Shown here: positions 50,321-59,492 of the stretch, in pieces
Layout of the letters: each line of letters begins with the position of its first letter
How positions within the stretch are numbered: position 1 is the first letter of the stretch
Assembly (NCBI GenBank): GCA_965199855.1
Contig: OZ241326.1
Coordinates: 2,784,001-2,848,000, forward strand
Origin: a bacterium
GTDB lineage: Bacteria > UBA8248
Direction: 5' to 3'
DNA: 64,000 nucleotides
Position numbers and translations under genes: made by a program
Notes under the pieces: model-generated
Database searches by the model: none
What the model was told of the DNA's origin: nothing
What the model saw: the letters and a program-made list of their open reading frames with translations, nothing else

Positions 50321-51145
50321 TCATTCGCTCATCGAAGGCCCGGGCAGTATAGCAGAACCGGGGCGGCTTTCGCGCGCCGCATCCCCGAGGCGCCGCCGGT
50401 GGATTTCCTCCGCCCGCGCCAGGTCCGCCTTCGTGTTCACCCCCAGCGCCTCCTCGGGCGCGGCCAGGGCGGCGCCCAGAACCGCGCGCCCCCCGGCGCG
50501 CGCGAGGGCGATGACGTCGGGCAGGTGGAACTCCCCCCGGCTGTTCCCGGGGCGGACGCGCGGCAGGGCTTCGCGCAGAAAGGCGGCCTCGAACGCATAG
50601 GCGCCCGCGTTGACCTCCGCGATTTCCCTCTGCGCCTCCGACGCGTCCGCCTCCTCCACCACGCCCAGGAGCGCGCCGCCCTCGCGCAGCACGCGCCCGT
50701 AGCCGCGCGGATCGTCCAGGACGGCCGTGAGCATGGTGACGGCCGCGCCCGCCTCCTCGTGCAGGCGCGCCAGCCGCCCGAGCGTCCCGGCGCGCAGCAG
50801 GGGCGCGTCGCCGCACAGCAGGAAGAGGCGCTCCGCGCTCTCCGGCAGGGCGGCGAGGCCCACCCCGGCGGCGTGGGCGGTGCCGCGCTGCTCCTCCTGA
50901 CGGGCGAAGAGGAGGTCCGCGCCCTCGCCCGCGAAGGCTTCCCGCACCGCCCCGGCCTGGTGGCCCACGACGAGGACGACGGGCGACGCCCCCGCCTCCC
51001 GCGCGGCGGCCACCACGCGGCGCGCCATGGGCCTGCCGCCCAGGGGATGGAGCGCCTTCGCCAGGGGGGATTCCATGCGCGTCCCCCGGCCGGCGGCGAG
51101 AACGACGGCGGCGAACCCCGCCCTCCGGGACGCCAAGCGCCTCAC
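50321..51145 (-). CDS. glmU: GlmU N-terminal uridylyltransferase domain only
   Basis: LAAGRGTRMES..KALH, QRGTAHA, CGDAPL, YGRV, EVNAG, GEFHLPD, GVNT; stops before any beta-helix. Confidence 0.8.
   Translation of the reverse strand: MRRLASRRAGFAAVVLAAGRGTRMESPLAKALHPLGGRPMARRVVAAAREAGASPVVLVVGHQAGAVREAFAGEGADLLFARQEEQRGTAHAAGVGLAALPESAERLFLLCGDAPLLRAGTLGRLARLHEEAGAAVTMLTAVLDDPRGYGRVLREGGALLGVVEEADASEAQREIAEVNAGAYAFEAAFLREALPRVRPGNSRGEFHLPDVIALARAGGRAVLGAALAAPEEALGVNTKADLARAEEIHRRRLGDAARESRPGSAILPGPSMSE
50346..50354 (-). promoter_or_regulatory. Extended -10 element upstream of the GlmU-like/glmS genes
   Basis: TGCTATACT on the minus strand, about 80 nt before the start codon. Confidence 0.4.
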
Positions 51146-52524
51146 CTCCGCCGGGCGGCGGGCGGCTTGAGGAGGCCGAACTCCCGGAGCTTTCTTCTGA
51201 GCGTGTTGCGGTTCATGCCCAGCAGGCGCGCCGCCCGCGTCTGGCTGCCGCCCGCCTCGCGCAGCGCCAGCTCCAGCAGGGGCTTCTCCACGCTGCGGAT
51301 GGCGTGCTCGTAGAAGTCGCCGCCCCCTCCCTCCCCCAGGGCGGCGACCACGGAGGAGAGCCGCTCCCGGAAGAAGTCCTCCATGTCGCCGCTCGCCCGC
51401 TTTCGGGGCGCGGGCCGCAGGTCCCCGAGCGAGATCGATCTCCCCTCGCTCGTGAGAAAGGCGCGGCAGACGGCCATCTCCAGCTCCGCCTCGTTTCCCC
51501 ACCACTTCTGCCGGGAGAACCACGCCAGCGCGGCGGGCGCGATGCGCCGCCTCGGCCGCCCCACGCGCTCGGCGAACTCATCCAGAACGCCCTGGGCCAC
51601 GAGCGCGATGTCCTTTCTCCTCTCGCGCAGCGGGGGAATCTCGACCGCGCAGGCCGCCTCCCCCCGATGCAGGCGCTTGATCACCTTGTCCTGTATCAGC
51701 CTCTCCGGGTCGCGCTCGCGCGCGAGTATCAGGCGGAACCCCTCGGAGACGCCGCCTCCCTCCAGCGCCTCCGCCAGCGCCTTCTGGCGCGCCGCGTCGA
51801 TGAGCTGGACGCTCTCGACGAAGAGCGTCCCGCCCCGCCGCATGACGTCGCCCTCCTCCCCGCGCCTCTCCGCGACGCGCCGGATGCCCCTGTCCAGAAG
51901 CGAGGCGCGCCGCATCCCCGGCCCCCAGCGCAGGAAGGGGTGGCGCGCCCCCGGGTGCCGGGCGTGCAGCGCGCGCGCGACCAGCCGGAAGTTCAGCCCC
52001 TTCTCGCCCTCCAGCAGGATGGCGCGGTATTTCGCGCCCGCCGCCCGAATGGCGCGCCTGAGCCGCCCGGCCGCCGCGCTCTCCCCCTCGAGCCGCCAGC
52101 CGCCGCTCCCCTCGCGCGCCTCCGCGCGAAGCCAGCCGAGCTCCCGCCGGCGCAGGCCCTCCTCGCCCAGGGCGCGGGCGAACTGGAGCACCTCCTCGGG
52201 CTGCACCTCGTCCACGAAGACGGCGCGCGCCCCCGCCTCGATGCTCAGGGGGGCGAGCCCCTTGTCCTCGGGGCGAAGCACCGCGGCCGCCGGCCTGCCC
52301 GCCGCGCCGATTCCGCGCAGCGCGCCCGCCCCGGCGCGCCCGGCCACCGCCTGGAGAACGAAGTCGCACCACTCCAGCCGGGGGCGCGCCGAGGCCGCGC
52401 TCTCCAGGTGGAGCGCCTCCACCCCGGCGGCGCGCAGGCCGCCGATCATGCGCTCCCTGCCCGGCGTCATGCCGCCGACGAAGAGCATCCTGGCGCGAGA
52501 CGCCTCTTTTTCGATCAGGCTCAC
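51142..52524 (-). CDS. Degenerate NtrC-like regulator (AAA+-like domain + Fis HTH)
   Basis: IPPLRERRKDI, WWGNEAEL, VEKPLL..AL, QTRAARLLGMNRNTLRRKL; no GAFTGA. Confidence 0.8.
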   Translation of the reverse strand: MSLIEKEASRARMLFVGGMTPGRERMIGGLRAAGVEALHLESAASARPRLEWCDFVLQAVAGRAGAGALRGIGAAGRPAAAVLRPEDKGLAPLSIEAGARAVFVDEVQPEEVLQFARALGEEGLRRRELGWLRAEAREGSGGWRLEGESAAAGRLRRAIRAAGAKYRAILLEGEKGLNFRLVARALHARHPGARHPFLRWGPGMRRASLLDRGIRRVAERRGEEGDVMRRGGTLFVESVQLIDAARQKALAEALEGGGVSEGFRLILARERDPERLIQDKVIKRLHRGEAACAVEIPPLRERRKDIALVAQGVLDEFAERVGRPRRRIAPAALAWFSRQKWWGNEAELEMAVCRAFLTSEGRSISLGDLRPAPRKRASGDMEDFFRERLSSVVAALGEGGGGDFYEHAIRSVEKPLLELALREAGGSQTRAARLLGMNRNTLRRKLREFGLLKPPAARRR

Positions 52525-52536
52525 CGGCGCGCCACC

Positions 52537-52845
52537 TCAAGAAACTTTCCGAAACACGGGCCCGGCCTCCGAGAGGCCCGAGAAGGCCACGGGGTCGCCG
52601 ATGGCCGGCTCGCCTCCCCCCGCGTCCTCCAGGCGGGCGAGAACCCGTCCTCCCTCCTCCAGCTCCACCAGGGCGAGCAGGTAGGGCGTCGGCGTCCCGG
52701 GAGGCCCCACGTGGACGGCCGAGAAGGCGTAGAGCGTCCCCCGGCCGGAAGCCTCCCGCGCCTCCGTCTCCCCGCCGCAATGCGCGCAGCGGGCAGCGGC
52801 CTCCAGGCGAACCCGCCCGCAGCCCCCGCAAACGGATGCGTCCAT
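52537..52845 (-). CDS. Zn-ribbon/OB-fold protein (DUF35)
   Basis: CGGC..CAHC, SGRGTLY, PYLLALVELEEG. Confidence 0.85.
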   Translation of the reverse strand: MDASVCGGCGRVRLEAAARCAHCGGETEAREASGRGTLYAFSAVHVGPPGTPTPYLLALVELEEGGRVLARLEDAGGGEPAIGDPVAFSGLSEAGPVFRKVS

Positions 52846-52872
52846 GGGCGATTCAGCCGTCCCCGGCCGCGC

Positions 52873-54030
52873 TCAGGCGGCGGCCAGAATGTGGACGGCG
52901 CACGTGGCGCCCGAGCCGCCCAGGTTGTGAGCCAGCCCCGTCTCCGCGCCCGGAACCTGGCGCGCCCCCGCCTCGCCGCGCAGCTGCAGCGCGAGTTCGT
53001 GAATCTGCGCCACCCCCGTCGCCCCCACGGGGTGGCCCTTCGCCTTGAGCCCCCCGCTCGCGTTCACCGGCAGCACCCCGCCGAGCCGGGTCACGCCCTC
53101 GGCGGCGCCGCGGCCGCCCTCGCCCCTGGCGAAAAACCCGAGGTCCTCGAGCGCCACGATCTCCGCGATCGTGAAGCAGTCGTGCACCTCCGCCAGGTCG
53201 ATGTCCTCGCGGCCGAGCCCCGCCCGGGCGAAGGCCTCCTCCCCCGCCCGCCGCGCGGCGCGAAAGGAGGTGATGCCGCGCTTGTCGGAGAGGGCGGGAG
53301 AGTCGGACGCCTGCGCCGAGGCCAGCACCCGGACGGGCTTCGCGCGATGGTCGGAGGCCATCTCCGTCGGGCACAGCGCGACGGCCGCCGCCCCGTCGCT
53401 GATGAGCGAGCAGTCGAACACGCCGAGCGGCTCGGCCACGCGCCTCGCGTCCAGCACCTGGGCGAGCGAGACTTCCTTTCGCGCGTGCGCGTTGGGGTTG
53501 AGCCTGCCGTGGGCGTGGTTCTTCACCGCCACGTGGGCGAGCTCCTCGCGCGTGGTGCCGTGCTCGTGCATGTGGCGGCGGGCGATGAGGCCGAACAGCG
53601 CGGGGAAGGTGGCGCCGACGCGCCCCTCGACCCCCACGTCCCCGGCGGCGGCGAGGATGGCGGCCGTCTCCTCGGAGGAGGCGGATGTCATCTTCTCCGC
53701 GCCGGCGACGAGGACGAAATCCGCCTGGCCGGAGGCGACCGCCAGCGCCCCCTGGCGCATGGCGAGTCCGCCCGAGGCGCACGCCCCCTCGAGCCGGGCG
53801 CAGGGAATCGCCCCCAGCCCCGCCGCGTGCGCCACCACGGGCGCCAGATGGCTCTGCCCGACGAAGGCGTGGCCCGCGAAGTTTCCGAGAAAAAACGCCT
53901 CGATTCGCCCGGGCGCCAGGCCGGCGTCGGCGAGCGCGCTCCGGCAGGCCGCCGCGCCCAGGGCGGCCAGGCCCTCCTCGCGCGCCCCGAAGGGCGTGAC
54001 GCCGATTCCGATGATGGACACCTCGCGCAA
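52873..54030 (-). CDS. Thiolase (SCP2/archaeal-type)
   Basis: EGACASG, VKNH, SDGAAA, EVHDCF, KGHPVGATG. Confidence 0.92.
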   Translation of the reverse strand: MREVSIIGIGVTPFGAREEGLAALGAAACRSALADAGLAPGRIEAFFLGNFAGHAFVGQSHLAPVVAHAAGLGAIPCARLEGACASGGLAMRQGALAVASGQADFVLVAGAEKMTSASSEETAAILAAAGDVGVEGRVGATFPALFGLIARRHMHEHGTTREELAHVAVKNHAHGRLNPNAHARKEVSLAQVLDARRVAEPLGVFDCSLISDGAAAVALCPTEMASDHRAKPVRVLASAQASDSPALSDKRGITSFRAARRAGEEAFARAGLGREDIDLAEVHDCFTIAEIVALEDLGFFARGEGGRGAAEGVTRLGGVLPVNASGGLKAKGHPVGATGVAQIHELALQLRGEAGARQVPGAETGLAHNLGGSGATCAVHILAAA

Positions 54031-54049
54031 CGCCCGTCCTCCTTCCCGC

Positions 54050-55378
54050 TCAGAGCCTCGACCCGCGCAGGTCGAGAAGCCTTTGCGCCTTGAACGTCGT
54101 CCTCTCGAAAGAGCCCGCCGGCAGCACCTCCACCTCCGGCGTCACCAGAAGCGCCGCGCCCAGCCGCTCGCGCAGCGCGTCGGCCAGGCCGCCGCCCGCC
54201 TCGCCCCCGGCGGATTCGGCGACGACGACGCAACGATCCCGCCCCGTCGCCGCGTCCGGGCGCAGCTCCACGCGGAACTCGCTGCTCAGGCCGGCGAAGC
54301 CCCGCACCACCTCCTCCACCTGGACGGGGTAGAACTTCGCCCCCTTGTAGATGACGAGGTCGTCAAGGCGGCCCAGAATGCCCCCCGGCGAGCGCAGGTG
54401 CGTCCTCCCGCAGGGGCTGGGCGCGCCGACGGCGCGCGCGAAGTCGTTCGTCCAGTAGCGCAGCATGGGCGTGGCCTCGCGCGTGAGGTGCGTGATGACG
54501 AGAACGCCGACCTCCCCCTCCCGCGCGGGCTTTTTCGTCTCCGGATCGATCACCTCGACGACGTGGTGATCCTCCGACCAGATGAGGCCCGACTTCGCCG
54601 TCGATTCGCTGGCGAAGGTGGGGCCGATCTCGCCCAGCCCGTAATAGTCGTAGGCGTCGATTCCGAGGGCGGCCTCGACGCGCGCGCGCGTGGCGGGATT
54701 CTGCGCGCCCGCCTCGCCGCCGAAGGCGCCGATTTTCAGGGGAATCTCCCCGGGGTCCACGCCGCTCTCCCTGAGCCTCTCGCCGATGTAGAGGCCGTAG
54801 CTCGGGGTGCTCAGGAGCGCGGTCGAGCCGAGGGTGGTGAGGTAGAGGATCTGCCGATCCGTCATGGCCGCGCCGATGGGGATGATGAAGCAGCCGATCT
54901 TCCGCGCGGCGTAGTGGACGCTCATGCCGGCGACCCACAGGCCGTAGCTGAAGGCGTTCTGGACGACGTCGTCCGGCCGCGCCCCGAAGCTCCACATCGT
55001 GCGCGCCGTGAAGTCCGCGATGCTCTCCACGTCCGCCCGGCTCCAGATCGTGCTGACGGGAACCCCCGTCGTGCCCGTGGAGGGGTGCAGCTCCGCCCAC
55101 GTCTCCGGCGGAGCGACGGCGTAGCGCCCGAAGGGCGGGTGGCTTCGCTGCTCGTCCCGGAGCTCCTGCTTCGTGACGAAGGGAACGTTCCGGAGATCGT
55201 CGAGCGAGCGCACGGAGCCGGGCCCCACGCCGCCCGCGTCGAGGCGCTCGCGGTAGAATTCCGAGCCTTCATAGCAGCGGCGAACCTGGCACTTCAGGCG
55301 CTCGAGCTGAAGGGCGGCGAGCTCGTCCCTCGCCATGCGCTCGACGCGCTCATCCCAGAAATCCCCGCTTCCCGCCAC
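54050..55378 (-). CDS. paaK: Phenylacetate-CoA ligase family protein
   Basis: PFVTKQELR, STGTTG, TPSY, YGLGE, LRYWTND, GRLDD. Confidence 0.82.
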   Translation of the reverse strand: MAGSGDFWDERVERMARDELAALQLERLKCQVRRCYEGSEFYRERLDAGGVGPGSVRSLDDLRNVPFVTKQELRDEQRSHPPFGRYAVAPPETWAELHPSTGTTGVPVSTIWSRADVESIADFTARTMWSFGARPDDVVQNAFSYGLWVAGMSVHYAARKIGCFIIPIGAAMTDRQILYLTTLGSTALLSTPSYGLYIGERLRESGVDPGEIPLKIGAFGGEAGAQNPATRARVEAALGIDAYDYYGLGEIGPTFASESTAKSGLIWSEDHHVVEVIDPETKKPAREGEVGVLVITHLTREATPMLRYWTNDFARAVGAPSPCGRTHLRSPGGILGRLDDLVIYKGAKFYPVQVEEVVRGFAGLSSEFRVELRPDAATGRDRCVVVAESAGGEAGGGLADALRERLGAALLVTPEVEVLPAGSFERTTFKAQRLLDLRGSRL

Positions 55379-55574
55379 GGCCGAGCGCCCTTCGGAACGA
55401 GAAAAAGAGGACGGAAGACGCGCGCGGCGTCTCCGAACCGCCCCAGAATTTTTCCGGGAAAATCGCCCGCGAAAATAGCACGCCGCGCCGCGCCGCGCAA
55501 GGAGCCGCGCTTTCGGCAAGACGCGAGAGGGCGGAAAGGCCCCACCAGGCCGTCTAGGCGGCGCGCCGGGGGCT

Positions 55575-57452
55575 TCAGGGCGTTATCGTGGTTCCCGCCG
55601 CCTGCGGGTCTCCCAGCGCGTCGAGCATCGCGCCCACCACCCGCGCCGTTGAGGGGCGGCCCGTCAGGTTCAGGACGAAGCCCTCCATGAGCTCCCGCCG
55701 CATCCAGCCGGCGACCACCGCCGCCTCGTCCAGCGCCTCCGGCGCCGCCTTCGGGCGCCTGAAGCCCTCATCCCGGAAGATCTCCCCTATCTTCTCCTCC
55801 AGGGCGCGAACGGGCGGCGCGCCCCGCTCGAAGGCGAGCTCGTGCGCCAGCAGCCCGTCCCGGATGAGGTAGCAGCGCCTGCGCTCGCGCGTCTCGCCCG
55901 GCTCGACGATGACGATCCTCCTCCTCTCGACGGAGGGGCCCGAGAGCGCGTACGTCCGCGTCAGGTGCACAAGGCGGCCCAGGCGCCGCCTGAGCCTGCC
56001 CGCCGGGGGCGCCTCCTCCTTCCAGGCGCGCCGCAGGAGGGCGAGCGCCTCCCCCTCGTCCCGCCTGCGGAGGCGGCCCTCCAGAACGGCCTCCAGGACG
56101 CCCAGCAGCGCCTCGCGCCCGGAATCCGCCGGCCCGGTGGATTTTCTTCCGCGCGGGAGGGCGCCGCGCTCTCCGTCGCCGCGGTATTCGGCCGGCGTCT
56201 CGCCCGGTATCGGAAAGACGCCGCAGACGGCCTCCAGCAAATCGGCCAGCTGCGCCTTCTTGCGGAAGGGGCCGTAGTAGCGCGCCCCGTCCTGGAGGAG
56301 GCGGGCGGCGACCGACGCCCCGGGCCGCGCCCCGCCGGAGGCGATCCGCAGAAAGCCCGCCCCCGCCACGGAGAGTCCCCCGTTCGTCAGGCGCGCCTTC
56401 CGCATCGCGCGGAACGCCTCCAGGTTCATGACGAGTTCGCTACGGAGCGGCTGCGCCTCCACGCGGCGCGCGTCCTTCAGCTTCAGGGCGAAGCGCCCGG
56501 CGGCGCGATTCCTGGGGTGGAGCAAATCCCGCGCCGCCCGCCGCAGGTCGTTCGCCCTGCCCGCGAACAGGAGCCCGTCCGCCCCGTCGTAGAGGCGATA
56601 GACGCCGCGCTCCCGGGGGAGCGCCTCGATTTCCGAGGGGTCGATGCGGACCCCCTTCGCCATCGGGGGCGGGGGCGCCTCGGCCGGCGCCTGGAACGCG
56701 AGCAGGGATTCCAGGCTCTCAAGGCCCAGAAGCCTGCACATCCGCGTGAGGCGGATGAAAATCTCCGCCGTCGCGCGCGCGTCGCCCAGGGCGCGGTGCC
56801 TGTCCTCCCCGCCGCCGCGAACCCCCAGCGCCGCGCCCAGCTCGCCCAGGTTGAAGCGCTTCTGCTCCGGCAGGAGGCGGCTCGCCAGCTCGAACGTGCA
56901 CAGAACCGGAGGAGAAAAATCGCGCCCCAGGAACTCCTCGGCGTAATAGCGCAGAAAGCCGAAGTCGAAGTTCGCGCAATGGGCGACGAAGACGCAGCCC
57001 TCGATGAAGTCCAGAAACCCGGGCAGGGCGTCCATGAGGCCCGGCTTGTCCGCCACCATGGCGTCGGTGATGCCGGTGAGGCGCGAGACGTTCCAGGGAA
57101 TCTCGCGGCGCGGATTCACCAGGGCGTCGAAGGAGTCCGCCGCCCGGCCCGCGCGAACCTTGAGGGCGGCGAGCTCCGTGATGCGGTGCTGGGGGGGGCG
57201 TCCGCCCGTGGTCTCTATGTCGACCACGGCGAAGGTGGTTTCGGGCAGATGCGGGCGCGCGAGCAGGCGCGCCGCCTCGTCCGCGTCCAGGGGGCCGCGG
57301 CCGTTGCCGTCGATCCCGCCGAGAAGGGGGGCGACGGCGGCGAGCGCCGCGGAATCGTCCGCGCATTCGAGACCCAGGGCGTCCCGGACGCGCCGGAACG
57401 CGGGGGACTCCCGAATCGCCTCTCTCCGCTCTCTCTCCGCTTCGCGATCCAT
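55575..57452 (-). CDS. DEDDh 3'-5' exonuclease (DnaQ-like) fused to a degenerate GIY-YIG/UvrC-like region
   Basis: VVDIETTG, AHCANFD, HRALGDA; then LPRERGVYRL...FAGRANDLR and YYGPF. Confidence 0.8.
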   Translation of the reverse strand: MDREAERERREAIRESPAFRRVRDALGLECADDSAALAAVAPLLGGIDGNGRGPLDADEAARLLARPHLPETTFAVVDIETTGGRPPQHRITELAALKVRAGRAADSFDALVNPRREIPWNVSRLTGITDAMVADKPGLMDALPGFLDFIEGCVFVAHCANFDFGFLRYYAEEFLGRDFSPPVLCTFELASRLLPEQKRFNLGELGAALGVRGGGEDRHRALGDARATAEIFIRLTRMCRLLGLESLESLLAFQAPAEAPPPPMAKGVRIDPSEIEALPRERGVYRLYDGADGLLFAGRANDLRRAARDLLHPRNRAAGRFALKLKDARRVEAQPLRSELVMNLEAFRAMRKARLTNGGLSVAGAGFLRIASGGARPGASVAARLLQDGARYYGPFRKKAQLADLLEAVCGVFPIPGETPAEYRGDGERGALPRGRKSTGPADSGREALLGVLEAVLEGRLRRRDEGEALALLRRAWKEEAPPAGRLRRRLGRLVHLTRTYALSGPSVERRRIVIVEPGETRERRRCYLIRDGLLAHELAFERGAPPVRALEEKIGEIFRDEGFRRPKAAPEALDEAAVVAGWMRRELMEGFVLNLTGRPSTARVVGAMLDALGDPQAAGTTITP

Positions 57453-57618
57453 CCGAGCCTGCGCTTTCGTGAAAACCCAAGGGGCACTCCGCGCCGACGC
57501 GCGGGCGGCGAATGTAGCAGAAAGCGCGCGGGAATCCCAGCCGCCGCCGCGCGCGTTCACCGGGCCCGCCCGTTCTGGTATAAACGCGGGGAATCGTCCG
57601 CCATCGGGGAGAGCAGCC

Positions 57619-57924
57619 TTGTTCGGAAGCATCGGCATGACGGAGCTGATCGTGATCCTCGTGGTCGCCCTGGTCGTCATCGGCCCCAAGCGTCTGCCGG
57701 AGCTGGCGCGCACGCTCGGAAAGGCGCTGGGCGACTTCAAGCGCGCGACCTCGGACTTTCAGGACAGCTTCAGCCTGGAGGACGACTACGACCTTCTCGA
57801 CGAGGACGAGAAGAGGAAGGAGGCGCAGGGCGGGAAGAGCGGGGAGGAGGAGGAGGCCGCCCCCGGGAGCGGGACGGAGCCCGGAAAGACCGAAGCCGCG
57901 CGAGAGGACGGCGCGAAGACGTGA
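57619..57924 (+). CDS. tatB: Twin-arginine translocase TatB/TatA subunit
   Basis: MFGSIGMTELIVILVVALVVIGPKRLPELARTLGK; TTG start with GGGGAG RBS. Confidence 0.88.
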   Translation: MFGSIGMTELIVILVVALVVIGPKRLPELARTLGKALGDFKRATSDFQDSFSLEDDYDLLDEDEKRKEAQGGKSGEEEEAAPGSGTEPGKTEAAREDGAKT

Positions 57925-58670
57925 GCGGCGACGCCTCCATGTCCCTCACCGGGCACCTGACGGAACTGCGCAACCGAATCCTCTACATCCTCGGAGCAAT
58001 CCTCGCCGCGTTTCTGGGCGCCTATTTCTTCTCGAACGAGCTGCTGGCGATCGCGCAACGCCCCATCGCCGGCCAGAAGCTCGTCTTCCTCTCGCCCACG
58101 GAGGCGTTCTTCGCCCACATCAAGGTCTCGTTCTTCTGCTCGGTGTTCGTGAGCCTGCCCGTCATCCTGCTCCAGATCTGGCGCTTCTGCGCCCCGGGGT
58201 TGCGGGATCGGGAGAAGCGCTACGCCGCGCCCTTCGTGTTCTTCTCGACCCTGAGCTTCATCGCGGGCGCGCTCTTCTGCTACTTCCTGATTCTCCCCTA
58301 CGGCCTCGCCTTTCTCCTGAGCTTCGCCACCGACGCCCTCACCCCCCAGATTTCCATCGGCTTCTACATCTCCTTCGCCTTCAAGCTCATCCTCACGTTC
58401 GGGCTGGTGTTCGAGGTGCCCGTTCTCACCGTCCTGCTCGTGCGGCTCGGCGTCATCACGCCCGCCTTCCTCTCCAGGAACCGGGGATACGTCTGCGTCG
58501 GCGCCTTCGTCATGGCCGCCCTGCTCACGCCGCCGGACGTGGTGACGCAGGCGCTTCTGGCGGGGCCCATCATCGTCCTGTTCGAGATCAGCATCCTCGT
58601 CTCGAAAGTCATCGTCCGCCGCAAGAAGAAGCGCGAGGCGGAGCGGGAGAGGGAGGAGGAGGACGGCTAG
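57921..58670 (+). CDS. tatC: Twin-arginine translocase TatC
   Basis: HLTELRNR, SPTEAF, QIWRFCAPGL..REK, FEVP, LTPPD. Confidence 0.95.
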   Translation: MSGDASMSLTGHLTELRNRILYILGAILAAFLGAYFFSNELLAIAQRPIAGQKLVFLSPTEAFFAHIKVSFFCSVFVSLPVILLQIWRFCAPGLRDREKRYAAPFVFFSTLSFIAGALFCYFLILPYGLAFLLSFATDALTPQISIGFYISFAFKLILTFGLVFEVPVLTVLLVRLGVITPAFLSRNRGYVCVGAFVMAALLTPPDVVTQALLAGPIIVLFEISILVSKVIVRRKKKREAEREREEEDG

Positions 58671-58718
58671 GCCCGCGCGGCGCCGCGAGAAAGCCCGCGG
58701 CTCGCGGGCCAGCGTCCG

Positions 58719-59492
58719 CTACGCCGGAGCCGACGTTCGCGGCTCAAGCGCCGCGTCTATTTCGTCCATGATCCCCTGCGCCGCGGCTCGCGGGTCCCGG
58801 GCGTTCAACACGGGCCTGCCCACGACGAGATAGTCCGCTCCCAGCCCTATCGCCTCGCCCGGAGTCGCGCTTCTTTTGTGATCGTCCGCCGCCGCCCCCG
58901 CCGGCCTGATTCCGGGGCTCACGATGTCCGCTTCCGGGAAACGCTCTCGACAAGCGCCTATGGCACCGCCGGAAACGATCAATCCGTCGCATCCCCGCTC
59001 CAGCATCGCCCCCCCCCGCTCAACGATATATTCGGTCGGGTCGAGCTTCACGCCCTTGGCGCTCCGCAAATCGTCGGCGTTGAGGCTGGACAGCAACGGC
59101 ACCATCAGCAGTTTTGGATATTTCCGATCGCCGCGCGCATCTATGGCGATTTCAATCGTTTTCGCCGTGATCGCGAGCGCCGCGGATTCCACCAGGGTGA
59201 TGAATTTGACGTTCAGATTGCCGCAACTTTCGACGAATCTGGCGATCGTATTGCCAATGTCGCCCGACAGCTTGAGGTCGAGGAAGACGCCCCCGCGCCC
59301 GGCGCGCCGCTCCTGAAGATTCTTGATGAACCCGAGAACGTCGCCGGCGAGAAACAACTCGAGGCCGACCTTGAAGAAGGAAACGTTGTCGAGCCGCTCG
59401 ACCATCTCGAACGCCCGCTCGTGCGTGGGGACGTCGAGCGCGACGATGAGGCGGCCTTTTCCTCTCAGCCCCCCCGACCGCTCCTGAGCCAT
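58719..59492 (-). CDS. pyrF: Orotidine 5'-phosphate decarboxylase family protein (atypical motif spacing)
   Basis: LIVALD, FKVGLEL, LDLKLSGDIGNT, SPGIRP, DDHKR, GADYLVVGRP. Confidence 0.8.
   Translation of the reverse strand: MAQERSGGLRGKGRLIVALDVPTHERAFEMVERLDNVSFFKVGLELFLAGDVLGFIKNLQERRAGRGGVFLDLKLSGDIGNTIARFVESCGNLNVKFITLVESAALAITAKTIEIAIDARGDRKYPKLLMVPLLSSLNADDLRSAKGVKLDPTEYIVERGGAMLERGCDGLIVSGGAIGACRERFPEADIVSPGIRPAGAAADDHKRSATPGEAIGLGADYLVVGRPVLNARDPRAAAQGIMDEIDAALEPRTSAPA

Noticed and set aside
42261-54093. Very long plus-strand ORFs (1108, 667, 1024 and 929 aa)
   Set aside because: Antisense shadows of well-supported minus-strand genes; stop codons are scarce at this GC content and no motifs are present.
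55842-57920. 942-aa ORF suggesting a TatC fusion
   Set aside because: The upstream part is antisense to the exonuclease gene; tatC starts at GTG 57921, overlapping the tatB stop.
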